A stretch of DNA of 64,000 nucleotides, taken from NCBI GenBank assembly GCA_963743885.1, contig CAVURJ010000001.1, positions 204,949 through 268,948 of the forward strand, written 5' to 3'. The first letter of the stretch is position 1, and each line of letters opens with the position of its first letter. The notes below the pieces were generated by a model that was not told the DNA's origin, did no database searches, and worked only from the letters and a program-made list of their open reading frames with translations. Of this stretch, positions 43,267 through 51,293 are shown one piece after another. Origin of the DNA: Candidatus Moraniibacteriota bacterium. Lineage in GTDB: Bacteria > Patescibacteriota > Minisyncoccia > Moranbacterales > UBA1568. The position numbers and the translations under genes are program-made.

Positions 43267-46008
43267 ATGCGTCTATCACAATGCAAAAAAGCGATGTTCG
43301 GCGGGCTGCTCGTCTTGGAGCTGTTTGTCGTGTCGGTGACGCCGGCTTCTGCTGGTCTGTTCGGCGGTGGCGGCGGTGGAGTAAGCTTGCCTTCAGCGCC
43401 TGAGGTGGCTTCGCAACTCGAGCGTCGATACCATCTCAATCTTGGGAGTATCCAGAATCAGGGAGAGATGTTCAATGTGGCTGACAACAAGAAGATGATT
43501 CCTGAAGTCACCCTCTTCTTTACGCCTACTGATCCAAAAGAGGGTCAGAAGCTGACGGCGCAGGCATTTCCGGCGTACTTCGCGTCGGATGAGAAATCCC
43601 TTTATTACACCTGGTATCTGAATCGTGCGGACTGTACAGCTGCTTCATGCGATTATGATGGTGATGGCGATTATGACGGGACGGACTGGAAGATCGAAGC
43701 CGCCCGCATCATCGCTCGTGGCGGATATGATCCAGAAGCGGCGCCGGCCGGCTCTGACGATGACGGATATCGGGCGAAGTTCGGCGGTGATGGAAAGGTT
43801 GGTATGCCGAATCATTGCTATATCCATGAGCCATCCAACGGTGTCAATTATGAGATGACCGATAGGATTTCCGGGTTTTCGACCGCGTGTTCTGGTACGC
43901 TCGCCTGTCTTGTCGGGTCTGGGAATATCAATCCGTCATCGCTTGTGCTCGGTAGCGGAGACGCATTCTCTTTTAGTGATAATGATCAATGCTATGTTGC
44001 CGGATACCCGTCGTGTTCTGGCGGGGCGCTGCATTGCGATACTGGTACGGTGAGCTGTTTGGCGTCGTCTCCGTCGTCATCTGTCATTTCGTGTCCGGGC
44101 AGTCCGGCGCTCGCTGATCTTTCCTGTTCGGTATCCAGCAAGGGATCAGCCAATCCGGTCTGTCGGCATCTTTTTCCGAATGCTCCTGGGCATACGACTG
44201 GGGATGGTGCATTCGGCGCTGCAGAGGAGAATTTTTGGGGGACTGATCCGAATGATCCGAGCACCGCGAATAATGGCAACAAGGATGAAGCGAATGTCTC
44301 TGGACTCGGTAGGACGACATTTTCATGGAATTATGTCGCCGGAGACAAGGTCGGTGTGGCGGTAGAGGGTATTTCCATGGTAGCGACGAAGCATGATGAT
44401 GCTTCATATATGATCATGTGGGCGTTTCCGAAAAAAGATTGTTCAGCACTCAGTCTCGCGGATTCTTCAGGATCATACTATACCAATATCAGGGGGTATT
44501 CCGTAGCCATACCTTCCGTTACTGGCGTGGATATGAATCGGTGTCTCAGCCGAAATCTTGTCGATCCAACAGAATCCGTTTCTAACTCTGATCTCGATGT
44601 ATCCGTTGTTGTTTCTCCGGAGGTCCCGACGAATGATGCGACTGGAGAAAACGGCGGCGATACGGTGACAGCTCAGGCGAGTATCAGCAATAGCAGTCGT
44701 GGCCTGACAGCAACATCGTTCGAGTGGGAGGTTTATGTAAGTAATAACTCGAGGTTCAATGATGGAGGTGCCGGAAACAAGGTGGCGAATGTTACCGATA
44801 CGCTCCGCGCAATGGGATTGTTGAGCAGCACGAAGGGTAATGCGCTTGATGCGGTATCGCTCAGGCTGAATATACCAAAAATCACTTTGCAGGACCCGGG
44901 TATTTTCAATGGTGCGATCCCAGACCCGGTCTATATTAGGTTCAATGTCAAAGCGACCGAAAATGTTTCTGGCACTATCGTGCGTCGCGGCCGCGGGTCG
45001 GCTATGGCGAAATTCACGTCGACAGACAGGAAGATGCAGGTGTATCCGTCGTCAGTCGTCATGGATGCCGGACGTTCCTATGCTGATATCGCTGCTGCTA
45101 CGATTTGTGATGGGGCGGCAGCGGATCCGCTCGATCGACGGCTTTGCCGCGTTATAAAGAATGAAATTATTGGCCTTCGCGTCGTGCCGGATGCTGGCCT
45201 GAGTGATTTTTCATGGACCATTAATGGTGTGCCGTTAAATTGTTCAAAGAGTGTTTCTAATCGGTGTGCCGTGTCTTCTCAGAATCAGTACAATTTCTTT
45301 CCGGTCACTGGAAATCCTGGTGATTCTTATACCGTGACAGTCAATGCGAATGATGTCGTTACTGGAAAACAGGTCACCCTTTCTAGGGCGTTCCATGTTG
45401 TTGATCCGGAAGTAGTAATCGTGTCGAGCGATAAGAGTGTCGTATGGCCGAAGCTTCTCGGTCAGTACCGGGATATCACTGGTGCGGCGGAGGGCTGCCC
45501 GGATGGCCTATGCAATGATTATAGCCAGAATCTATTCCGCGGTCTTGCTGGCGCATCGTTGCCGCTTCGTGCTGAATTCATCCCGTCGTTTATCGGCACG
45601 TTGACGACTCGTGCATGGACGGTCGATAGCGCGCCGATGAAAGAGACCGTTCCTGGCGAGGTGTCTGTGTCTGGAGGCAAGACACCCGGATCAGTCCTGA
45701 ATGTTTCATTGGAAGCGGTTTATGAGCAGTCTTTGGCGGTTCGTAAGGCATTGTATGATATTTGGAATATCTCGCCGCTTGATTCTCCTGAACATCGGTT
45801 TTCCTCGTCTGTACAGATAGAGCTGGAGGATGCTGATTCTGTCGTTGAAAAGTCGGCGCCGAGGAAGTATCTTGCCGCTATTATCTCTTATCTCCCAGCG
45901 TCGGTTATATTCGCTTTCCGGATGGCGCTTGTCGCGGCCCTTGTCCTTTTTGCAGCCGGTTTTCTCTTCGCGCTTGTGCCGGAGAATGGCTCCCGTCGCC
46001 GTGACTGA
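43267..46008 (+). CDS. large (913-aa) Cys-rich extracellular protein with a signal peptide and a C-terminal TM anchor
   Basis: N-terminus MFGGLLVLELFVVSVTPASA followed by a G-run. More than 30 Cys residues. C-terminus YLAAIISYLPASVIFAFRMALVAALVLFAAGFLF. Confidence 0.6.
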   Translation: MRLSQCKKAMFGGLLVLELFVVSVTPASAGLFGGGGGGVSLPSAPEVASQLERRYHLNLGSIQNQGEMFNVADNKKMIPEVTLFFTPTDPKEGQKLTAQAFPAYFASDEKSLYYTWYLNRADCTAASCDYDGDGDYDGTDWKIEAARIIARGGYDPEAAPAGSDDDGYRAKFGGDGKVGMPNHCYIHEPSNGVNYEMTDRISGFSTACSGTLACLVGSGNINPSSLVLGSGDAFSFSDNDQCYVAGYPSCSGGALHCDTGTVSCLASSPSSSVISCPGSPALADLSCSVSSKGSANPVCRHLFPNAPGHTTGDGAFGAAEENFWGTDPNDPSTANNGNKDEANVSGLGRTTFSWNYVAGDKVGVAVEGISMVATKHDDASYMIMWAFPKKDCSALSLADSSGSYYTNIRGYSVAIPSVTGVDMNRCLSRNLVDPTESVSNSDLDVSVVVSPEVPTNDATGENGGDTVTAQASISNSSRGLTATSFEWEVYVSNNSRFNDGGAGNKVANVTDTLRAMGLLSSTKGNALDAVSLRLNIPKITLQDPGIFNGAIPDPVYIRFNVKATENVSGTIVRRGRGSAMAKFTSTDRKMQVYPSSVVMDAGRSYADIAAATICDGAAADPLDRRLCRVIKNEIIGLRVVPDAGLSDFSWTINGVPLNCSKSVSNRCAVSSQNQYNFFPVTGNPGDSYTVTVNANDVVTGKQVTLSRAFHVVDPEVVIVSSDKSVVWPKLLGQYRDITGAAEGCPDGLCNDYSQNLFRGLAGASLPLRAEFIPSFIGTLTTRAWTVDSAPMKETVPGEVSVSGGKTPGSVLNVSLEAVYEQSLAVRKALYDIWNISPLDSPEHRFSSSVQIELEDADSVVEKSAPRKYLAAIISYLPASVIFAFRMALVAALVLFAAGFLFALVPENGSRRRD

Positions 46009-46029
46009 CATCCTTTGTGGATAAAACGA

Positions 46030-46063
46030 AAAACAGCCCTGACGTATGTCGGGGCTGTTTTTG
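46030..46063 (+). terminator. rho-independent terminator
   Basis: The sequence aaaacagccctgacgtatgtcggggctgttttt. Confidence 0.6.
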
Positions 46064-46160
46064 TATTTGTGTGGGCAGGGAGACCCGCCCGCATGACTCG
46101 CGTCAGCGTGTCGGGCGGGGACTCGCCAGTCAAAGGCTGGGCCGCCTTTGGCGGAAACTC

Positions 46161-46246
46161 TGGTGCCGGGGAGAGGACTTGAACCTCCATGAGATTGCTC
46201 TCGTCAGGTCCTAAACCTGATGCGTCTACCATTTCGCCACCCCGGC
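46161..46246 (-). tRNA. tRNA-Leu (anticodon TAG), CCA encoded
   Basis: Reverse complement reads GCCGGGGTGGCGAAATGGTAGACGCATCAGGTTTAGGACCTGA...GGAGGTTCAAGTCCTCTCCCCGGCACCA. The anticodon loop is TTTAGGA and there is a long variable arm. Confidence 0.8.
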
Positions 46247-46255
46247 GATATGCTT

Positions 46256-46567
46256 TTAAATGATCCGCGCTTTTTCTCCGAAAATACCAATAAGGCGATC
46301 TGTCTCGTCCTTTACTGGTCCCTCATTCTCATATTCTCCGTGATGACGGGTCGTCTCACCGTACGTATGCTTTTTCTGGTCGAGGTGGAGACTGAGATGA
46401 AGTGAGACTTTTTCGATTTTTGCGTAGCAATGGAAACGGGGGTAACCAGCACGTGCGAGCGGGCGGACGAAACTCATTTCATCCCCATCTTTGTGCTGAA
46501 AAGCATATCCGGCCCGCCTGAGAAGCGAGACTGGATTTTCTGTAATGGCTTCGACGAGGATGCGCAT
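46256..46567 (-). CDS. hypothetical protein
   Basis: 103-aa ORF. No confident domain assignment. Confidence 0.35.
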   Translation of the reverse strand: MRILVEAITENPVSLLRRAGYAFQHKDGDEMSFVRPLARAGYPRFHCYAKIEKVSLHLSLHLDQKKHTYGETTRHHGEYENEGPVKDETDRLIGIFGEKARII

Positions 46568-46576
46568 AGGAGTTTA

Positions 46577-46665
46577 TTACCAAGTGTAGTGAGCGAAACG
46601 AGAACTCGCTCTCGTTTCCGAGCGGAGCGCAGGTAAAATCGGGTTGAATACCCGTTATAAAGTCT
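46577..46665 (+). repeat. structured two-hairpin element, copy 3 of 3
   Basis: ttaccaagtgtagtgagcgaaacgagaactcgctctcgtttccgagcggagcgcaggtaaaatcgggttgaatacccgttataaag. Stem 1 is gaaacgaga/tctcgtttc and stem 2 is cggg/cccg. Confidence 0.55.
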
Positions 46666-46897
46666 ATAAAGTTCCTAAAGTCTTTAAAGTCAAGAAGGAG
46701 CCATAAGGCAATAACTTTGCTTTATGAACTTTATAACTTTTAACTTTATGAACTCGAATGGTCGGAGTGCCGAGAATCCCCTTCGGGCCGGGGTTTCTCT
46801 GCGAGACAGAGAAACCCTTCTCTTCCCGTCGCAAGCCAAGCCCTGCCTGCCGGTAGGCAAGAGTTGGCTTGCTTCACTTCTCCTTCGCGTTGCTCAG

Positions 46898-46968
46898 TCG
46901 GAGTGCCGGGAATCGAACCCGGGTTACACGCACCCGAAGCGTGCGTAATGCCACTATACCACACTCCG
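46898..46968 (-). tRNA. tRNA-Pro (anticodon CGG), CCA not encoded
   Basis: Reverse complement reads CGGAGTG TG GTA TAGTGGCAT TAC G CACGC TTCGGGT GCGTG TAAC CCGGG TTCGATT CCCGG CACTCCG A. Confidence 0.6.
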
Positions 46969-47045
46969 ATTTAGGGATTCTTGATTTAAGAAGAGATGCA
47001 AGCGCATTCATTCATAAATCGTAAATCTAAAATCTTAAATCATCT

Positions 47046-48602
47046 TCATTCTACCCAATGGGATTTCTTGATCTTCTCTACGTCTTCTTCGCGCTTCTCT
47101 TCGATCCGCTCTTTCGCGAGATCGCGGAGCTTCTCGAGATCATGGTTTTTGAGCTCGGCGGCCCGTTTGAGGAGTAGAGCTCGGTCGTTCTTGCTGGAGT
47201 CTTCGATGACTTCGGCAAGGAGGACGTCGAGGATGGCGCCAATCTTCGGTCCGGCCGGAATCGCGAGCGTTTCCATGAGATCCGTCCCTTTGAGGGGGAG
47301 CATCTTTACGGAAACAGGGTCTCTTGAGACCTTGTCGATCATGTATTCCAGATGGCGGAGCTTATAAGGCTTGCCTTTCGGGACGCCGGATCCCAGTCTA
47401 TCACCAATCCGGACATCCATCAAGTCATGCATGTTTTCGAGTCCGACGCGCTTGATAAGCCTCCGGACCGAGGCCTCGGTCACTTCGTCGACATTGTAGT
47501 AGAAGAGATGGTTGTCGACAAGGAGGGTGGCGTGCTCTACGATGGCCTTTGAAAAGCGCAGGCGCGTGAGTATAGCCCGCGTCATGCGGGCGCCGACGTG
47601 GTCATGGTTGTAGAACGTCGAGCGATAGCCATCGCCACGTTTGGTACGGGGTTTGCCGACATCGTGGAGGAGCGCTGCGAGGCGGACGGAGAGCTTCTTC
47701 GATGGGCAGGTCGCGAGCGCGCGCAGGTTGTGTTCCCAGACGGTATAGATGTGGTGGAGGTTTTGGGAAACATCGATGCCTTCTCTGAGTTCTGGCATGA
47801 TGAAGCGGAGCAGTCCGGCTTCTTCGAGCATCGTGATGCCTTCGGATGGGCTATCTGAGAGGATGATCTTTGAGAGTTCATCGCGGACGCGCTCTTTTGA
47901 GATGGCTTCGAGATGAGCCGAGAGCTTTTTGATTGCTTGAAATGTCGCATCTTCGATGTGCCAGCTGTGCGAGGTCTTGGTTTCGGATGGGTCACGGAGC
48001 TCGGCGTAGAATCGGATGGCGCGCATGAGACGGAGAGCGTCTTCACCGAAGCGCTCTTCTGGATCGCCTACGGTGCGGATGACGCGCTTTTCTAGATCCT
48101 TCCGACCCTCGAACGGATCGATGAATCCCCAACTTTCACCGGATTCCTCAGAGCCTGTATCTTGTTTCCCTGTCCGTCCGGCAGGCGGGTTGTATCTTGC
48201 ATCTTTTCCATATGCAATAGCATTGACGGTGAAGTCGCGGCGGGCAAGATCTTCTTCGAGCGACTGCGTGAAGAACACTTCTTTCGGTCGGCGCCGGTCC
48301 TCGTATGCCGATTCGATCCGGTAGGTAGTGACTTCGATGACATCATGTTCTTTGTCTTCTGGCGTCGTCGTGAGGAAGCGAGGGACCTTTACTCCTACGG
48401 TGCCGAAATCGTTCTCGTAGAAGCTCTCAGGGAAGAGCTCCAGAACCTTTTCTGGCAGGGCATCGGTCGTCACATCCCAGTCTTTCGGGGCACGTCCGAG
48501 CAATGTATCGCGCACACAACCGCCGACCGCGAACGCCTCAAAACCGGCCTTGTTTAGGCTCCCGATGATTTCCGTGACCGGTTGTGGGATGACGTGTTTC
48601 AT
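47046..48602 (-). CDS. cca: CCA-adding tRNA nucleotidyltransferase with an HD domain
   Basis: GGCVRDTLLGRAPKDWDVTT (polymerase-beta NTase) and LLHDVGKPRTK (HD). Confidence 0.85.
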   Translation of the reverse strand: MKHVIPQPVTEIIGSLNKAGFEAFAVGGCVRDTLLGRAPKDWDVTTDALPEKVLELFPESFYENDFGTVGVKVPRFLTTTPEDKEHDVIEVTTYRIESAYEDRRRPKEVFFTQSLEEDLARRDFTVNAIAYGKDARYNPPAGRTGKQDTGSEESGESWGFIDPFEGRKDLEKRVIRTVGDPEERFGEDALRLMRAIRFYAELRDPSETKTSHSWHIEDATFQAIKKLSAHLEAISKERVRDELSKIILSDSPSEGITMLEEAGLLRFIMPELREGIDVSQNLHHIYTVWEHNLRALATCPSKKLSVRLAALLHDVGKPRTKRGDGYRSTFYNHDHVGARMTRAILTRLRFSKAIVEHATLLVDNHLFYYNVDEVTEASVRRLIKRVGLENMHDLMDVRIGDRLGSGVPKGKPYKLRHLEYMIDKVSRDPVSVKMLPLKGTDLMETLAIPAGPKIGAILDVLLAEVIEDSSKNDRALLLKRAAELKNHDLEKLRDLAKERIEEKREEDVEKIKKSHWVE

Positions 48603-48741
48603 ACACTACACTCTAGCAATCTTTCCCGTCCCTGCCAATGCTTCTTCGAAGCGTTGTTTGGATTACCGTATTGAATCGTTGTCTCGGATAGCTTTTTACA
48701 GGATCGCACTCAATCAGCATTTGAACACCTAATATTTTGAT

Positions 48742-48778
48742 ATATCACATGATTGACGACCGTCATTTATGTGATATA
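48742..48778. promoter_or_regulatory. near-perfect 18-bp inverted repeat atatcacatgattgacg/ccgtcatttatgtgatat
   Basis: A second, similar inverted repeat sits at 49437-49474. The two flank the PaaX-like regulator gene. Confidence 0.5.
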
Positions 48779-49377
48779 TCTGAAATACGTATTTTGTCGG
48801 CATCGACGCTATCAGCGTTTGGTTTCGAAAAGAAATATTTCTTGAGCTCTTTTTTGTTATCAATATCCTGAATAGTGATAATGCGGACGTAGCGTGAGGC
48901 GTTGTAGAGATCGGTGAGGCAAGCAATCTCTTTTTCACAGGGAAAGGGGAAGATAAGAGCACTCTTCTGGAGTTCGACGAACCCGATTGTTTTGAGATGG
49001 TCGCGCAGGATGTTGCGGAACATGCGCTTCTTCTCTGGAATATCGAAAAGGACCAGTCTCCACAGCCCGTCCCATTTTTTTGGCCGCTTGATCTTTATCG
49101 TGCTGCCGAAAAGGCTGGCGTACTTTGCCCATCGCTTGCCTTGTTCTGTCAGGCGGAGCACGATGGTCCCGTCGGGATGTTGCGTCTCCTTGAGGAGCTT
49201 CTGTTGGCAGAGTGAACGGAGCGAGCGGTTGAGATTCTGTCGGTCGATATATCTCCAGTCTTTCCGGATGCCTTTCAGGATGCGTGGGAAAGCGCCTTGC
49301 GATCCGGAGATGCTGAGGGCTGCTCCGCCGAGGAGGATGAGGAGGATTTTCTGCTGTACCGAACCTATCTTGAGCAT
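48763..49377 (-). CDS. PaaX-like transcriptional regulator (wHTH N-terminus plus WDGxW C-terminal domain)
   Basis: WDGLWRLVLFDIPEKKRMFRNILRDHLKTIGFVELQKSALIFP resembles the PaaX WDGKW region. Confidence 0.45.
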   Translation of the reverse strand: MLKIGSVQQKILLILLGGAALSISGSQGAFPRILKGIRKDWRYIDRQNLNRSLRSLCQQKLLKETQHPDGTIVLRLTEQGKRWAKYASLFGSTIKIKRPKKWDGLWRLVLFDIPEKKRMFRNILRDHLKTIGFVELQKSALIFPFPCEKEIACLTDLYNASRYVRIITIQDIDNKKELKKYFFSKPNADSVDADKIRISDISHK

Positions 49378-49436
49378 ATTTTTAGAGTTTTCTGATATCT
49401 ATTATTGCATTAGTAGGTATTTTTTTCCTATCTCCA

Positions 49437-49474
49437 ATATATCATATGAATGACGGTCGTCAATTATGTGATAT
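49437..49474. promoter_or_regulatory. inverted repeat atatcatatgaatgacgg/cgtcaattatgtgatat upstream of the PaaX-like gene
   Basis: Sister of 48742-48778. Candidate auto-operator. Confidence 0.5.
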
Positions 49475-49482
49475 GTCTGGGA

Positions 49483-49700
49483 AAGATGGGAGGGGGGGGT
49501 AGAGGGAAAATAAGAGAAAAACAGGAAGGAAACAGAGGGAAGAAAGGAGGAAACAGAGGGAAAATGAAAGACGCGGATGGAAGATGAAAGACAGGGAGGA
49601 GAATGCGAGGAGAAAATCGTGGTTTGACAGGGGTATCGGGGGGGGTGGTGATAATAGGGAAAGAGAGCGGAGAAGCACTCCTTTTTCTTTGGTTTTGGTA
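49483..49700 (+). repeat. ~200-nt homopurine (GA-rich) tract with extreme strand asymmetry
   Basis: The plus strand is almost exclusively G/A: gggaaagatgggagggggggg...gaaggaaacagagggaag... Confidence 0.7.
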
Positions 49701-49722
49701 ATCTAATCTGATCTTAATCCCT

Positions 49723-50826
49723 ATGGACTTCGAAAAGCAGGCTGGTGCGGCGTCGAGAGAGGACTTTGCGAGCAATGAGGAACAGGTCGCAGCGAAGAAG
49801 GCGGCGATCGCCGAAGCGGCGGCGGCCGGAGACTATGACAAGGTAGCGGAATTGGCTCAGGCAGCCAAAGGGCTGGAAACAAGCAAGAACGAGATGATGA
49901 GTAATACGGAGGATGCTGCGAGAGCGGAGAACGCCGAGCGGGACGCGGCGGCCAAAAAGGAAGGCGACCATGTGGAAGCGCTGGAGATGAACAAGGCGTT
50001 CGATGAGAGCCAGGCCGCCGAGAAGGCAGCTCAGGAACGGGCCAAGATTGCTGAGGCGGACAAATTGAGTGCGGAAGCGGATGCAGCGGCGGCAGCCAAG
50101 CTTGCGGAGCAGATTAAGAGCGGGAATGTTGGAGTGGAAGTGCAGTCGGCTGAAGTGGTACAGGACAAACCGATTGGAAATACATTTGAGGCACCAAAGA
50201 ATGAGACGTTTGAGAAGTATGGGGAGAAGATGCGTGGAGCCGCGGCAGAATTGGTGAATGTGAAAAAACAGATGCAGGCGAATGAAAAAATCATGTATTC
50301 GAAAGAGCTTGATATGGCAGAGCGGTTGAAAGCACAGGATGAAAATAAAGCATTGAATGAGACAAGGAATAAGCTGAGGGAGGATGCTTTATTCGGGGCT
50401 GAGTTTCGTAGGCAAAAAACAGGAGAATCATATAGCGAGTATTCTGACTATCAAAGAAAAACTCTTGATGAGTATCGTGATGCTGCGATGCAAGACCCTC
50501 AGACTGTTCTAAGTATGTTGGAGTCAGGTGAATTGGGAAATGGATATCGTGAGGGCGAGGGAGTTGGACAGATCAGTGAGGAGCTTCGAGAAAATCCGGA
50601 GTTTATGGCAAAAGCACTTGAACTTTTGCCGAATGGTAGGGCAGCAGAAAATTTCTGGGTTCATGTTAAAGGAGAGGCAAGAAACAATTCTGAGCTGTAT
50701 ATTGCAGCGGTGAAAAAGAATCATTTGAATTACCAGTGGGGTTCGAAGGAATGGAAAACGGATCCGGAGATACAGAAAATCGCATTGGAAAGCGGTCTGG
50801 ACCCGATGTATTTGCAGCAGAATTGA
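49723..50826 (+). CDS. hypothetical protein with an Ala/Glu/Lys-rich low-complexity N-half
   Basis: 367-aa ORF whose C-terminal third lies in AT-rich DNA. No recognisable domain. Confidence 0.4.
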   Translation: MDFEKQAGAASREDFASNEEQVAAKKAAIAEAAAAGDYDKVAELAQAAKGLETSKNEMMSNTEDAARAENAERDAAAKKEGDHVEALEMNKAFDESQAAEKAAQERAKIAEADKLSAEADAAAAAKLAEQIKSGNVGVEVQSAEVVQDKPIGNTFEAPKNETFEKYGEKMRGAAAELVNVKKQMQANEKIMYSKELDMAERLKAQDENKALNETRNKLREDALFGAEFRRQKTGESYSEYSDYQRKTLDEYRDAAMQDPQTVLSMLESGELGNGYREGEGVGQISEELRENPEFMAKALELLPNGRAAENFWVHVKGEARNNSELYIAAVKKNHLNYQWGSKEWKTDPEIQKIALESGLDPMYLQQN

Positions 50827-50904
50827 GACACCTGGTTTTTTGAAAAAAGTATCGCTAGGTATATTAGTAAAAACAGCGGTTAAACCGCTGTTTTTGTCTG
50901 TCTA

Positions 50905-50972
50905 TATATGTAGCACATAAACCACGGCCGCCCGCCTTGCCGTCGAGTCAGGTCAATTATGTGATATGTGTA
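50905..50972. repeat. palindromic hairpin element related to 186-245
   Basis: gtagcacataaaccacggccgcccgccttgccgtcgagtcaggtcaattatgtgatatgtg. Confidence 0.5.
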
Positions 50973-51094
50973 GGAATGGACTAGGGAGAAGTTGGAGCTG
51001 ATTTTTCATATGATACCCCTTAGTTTCGCAGACGAAACAGCTCCCCTTGGAAAGGGGAGCTAGAGAAATATACGAGAGACTTTTTATGCGAAGC

Positions 51095-51151
51095 CTGGAT
51101 CCTGGGTCCCTCCATAGGCGGGCAGACATGCCCGGGATGACAGAAAATGAG
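51095..51151. repeat. palindromic element of the CTGGATCC...CCCGGGATGACAGAA family
   Basis: ctggatcctgggtccctccataggcgggcagacatgcccgggatgacagaaaatgag. Confidence 0.5.
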
Positions 51152-51293
51152 AATACTTCGAGCTACTGTTTTTGATACCCCTCAGTTTGGCAAGCTTCCT
51201 TAAAACCTCCCCTCAGTCCCCTCCTTGGAAAGCTTGCCTGTCCGGTAAGCAGGGAGGGGAGGTAAAAGAGTAGTGGGGAGCAGGAAGAAACTG

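Noticed and set aside
46660-46900. RNase P / SRP / 6S RNA in the tRNA spacer
   Set aside because: No conserved RNase P (GGAAAGTCCGG-type) or SRP motif is present. Only short tandem repeats and hairpins were found.
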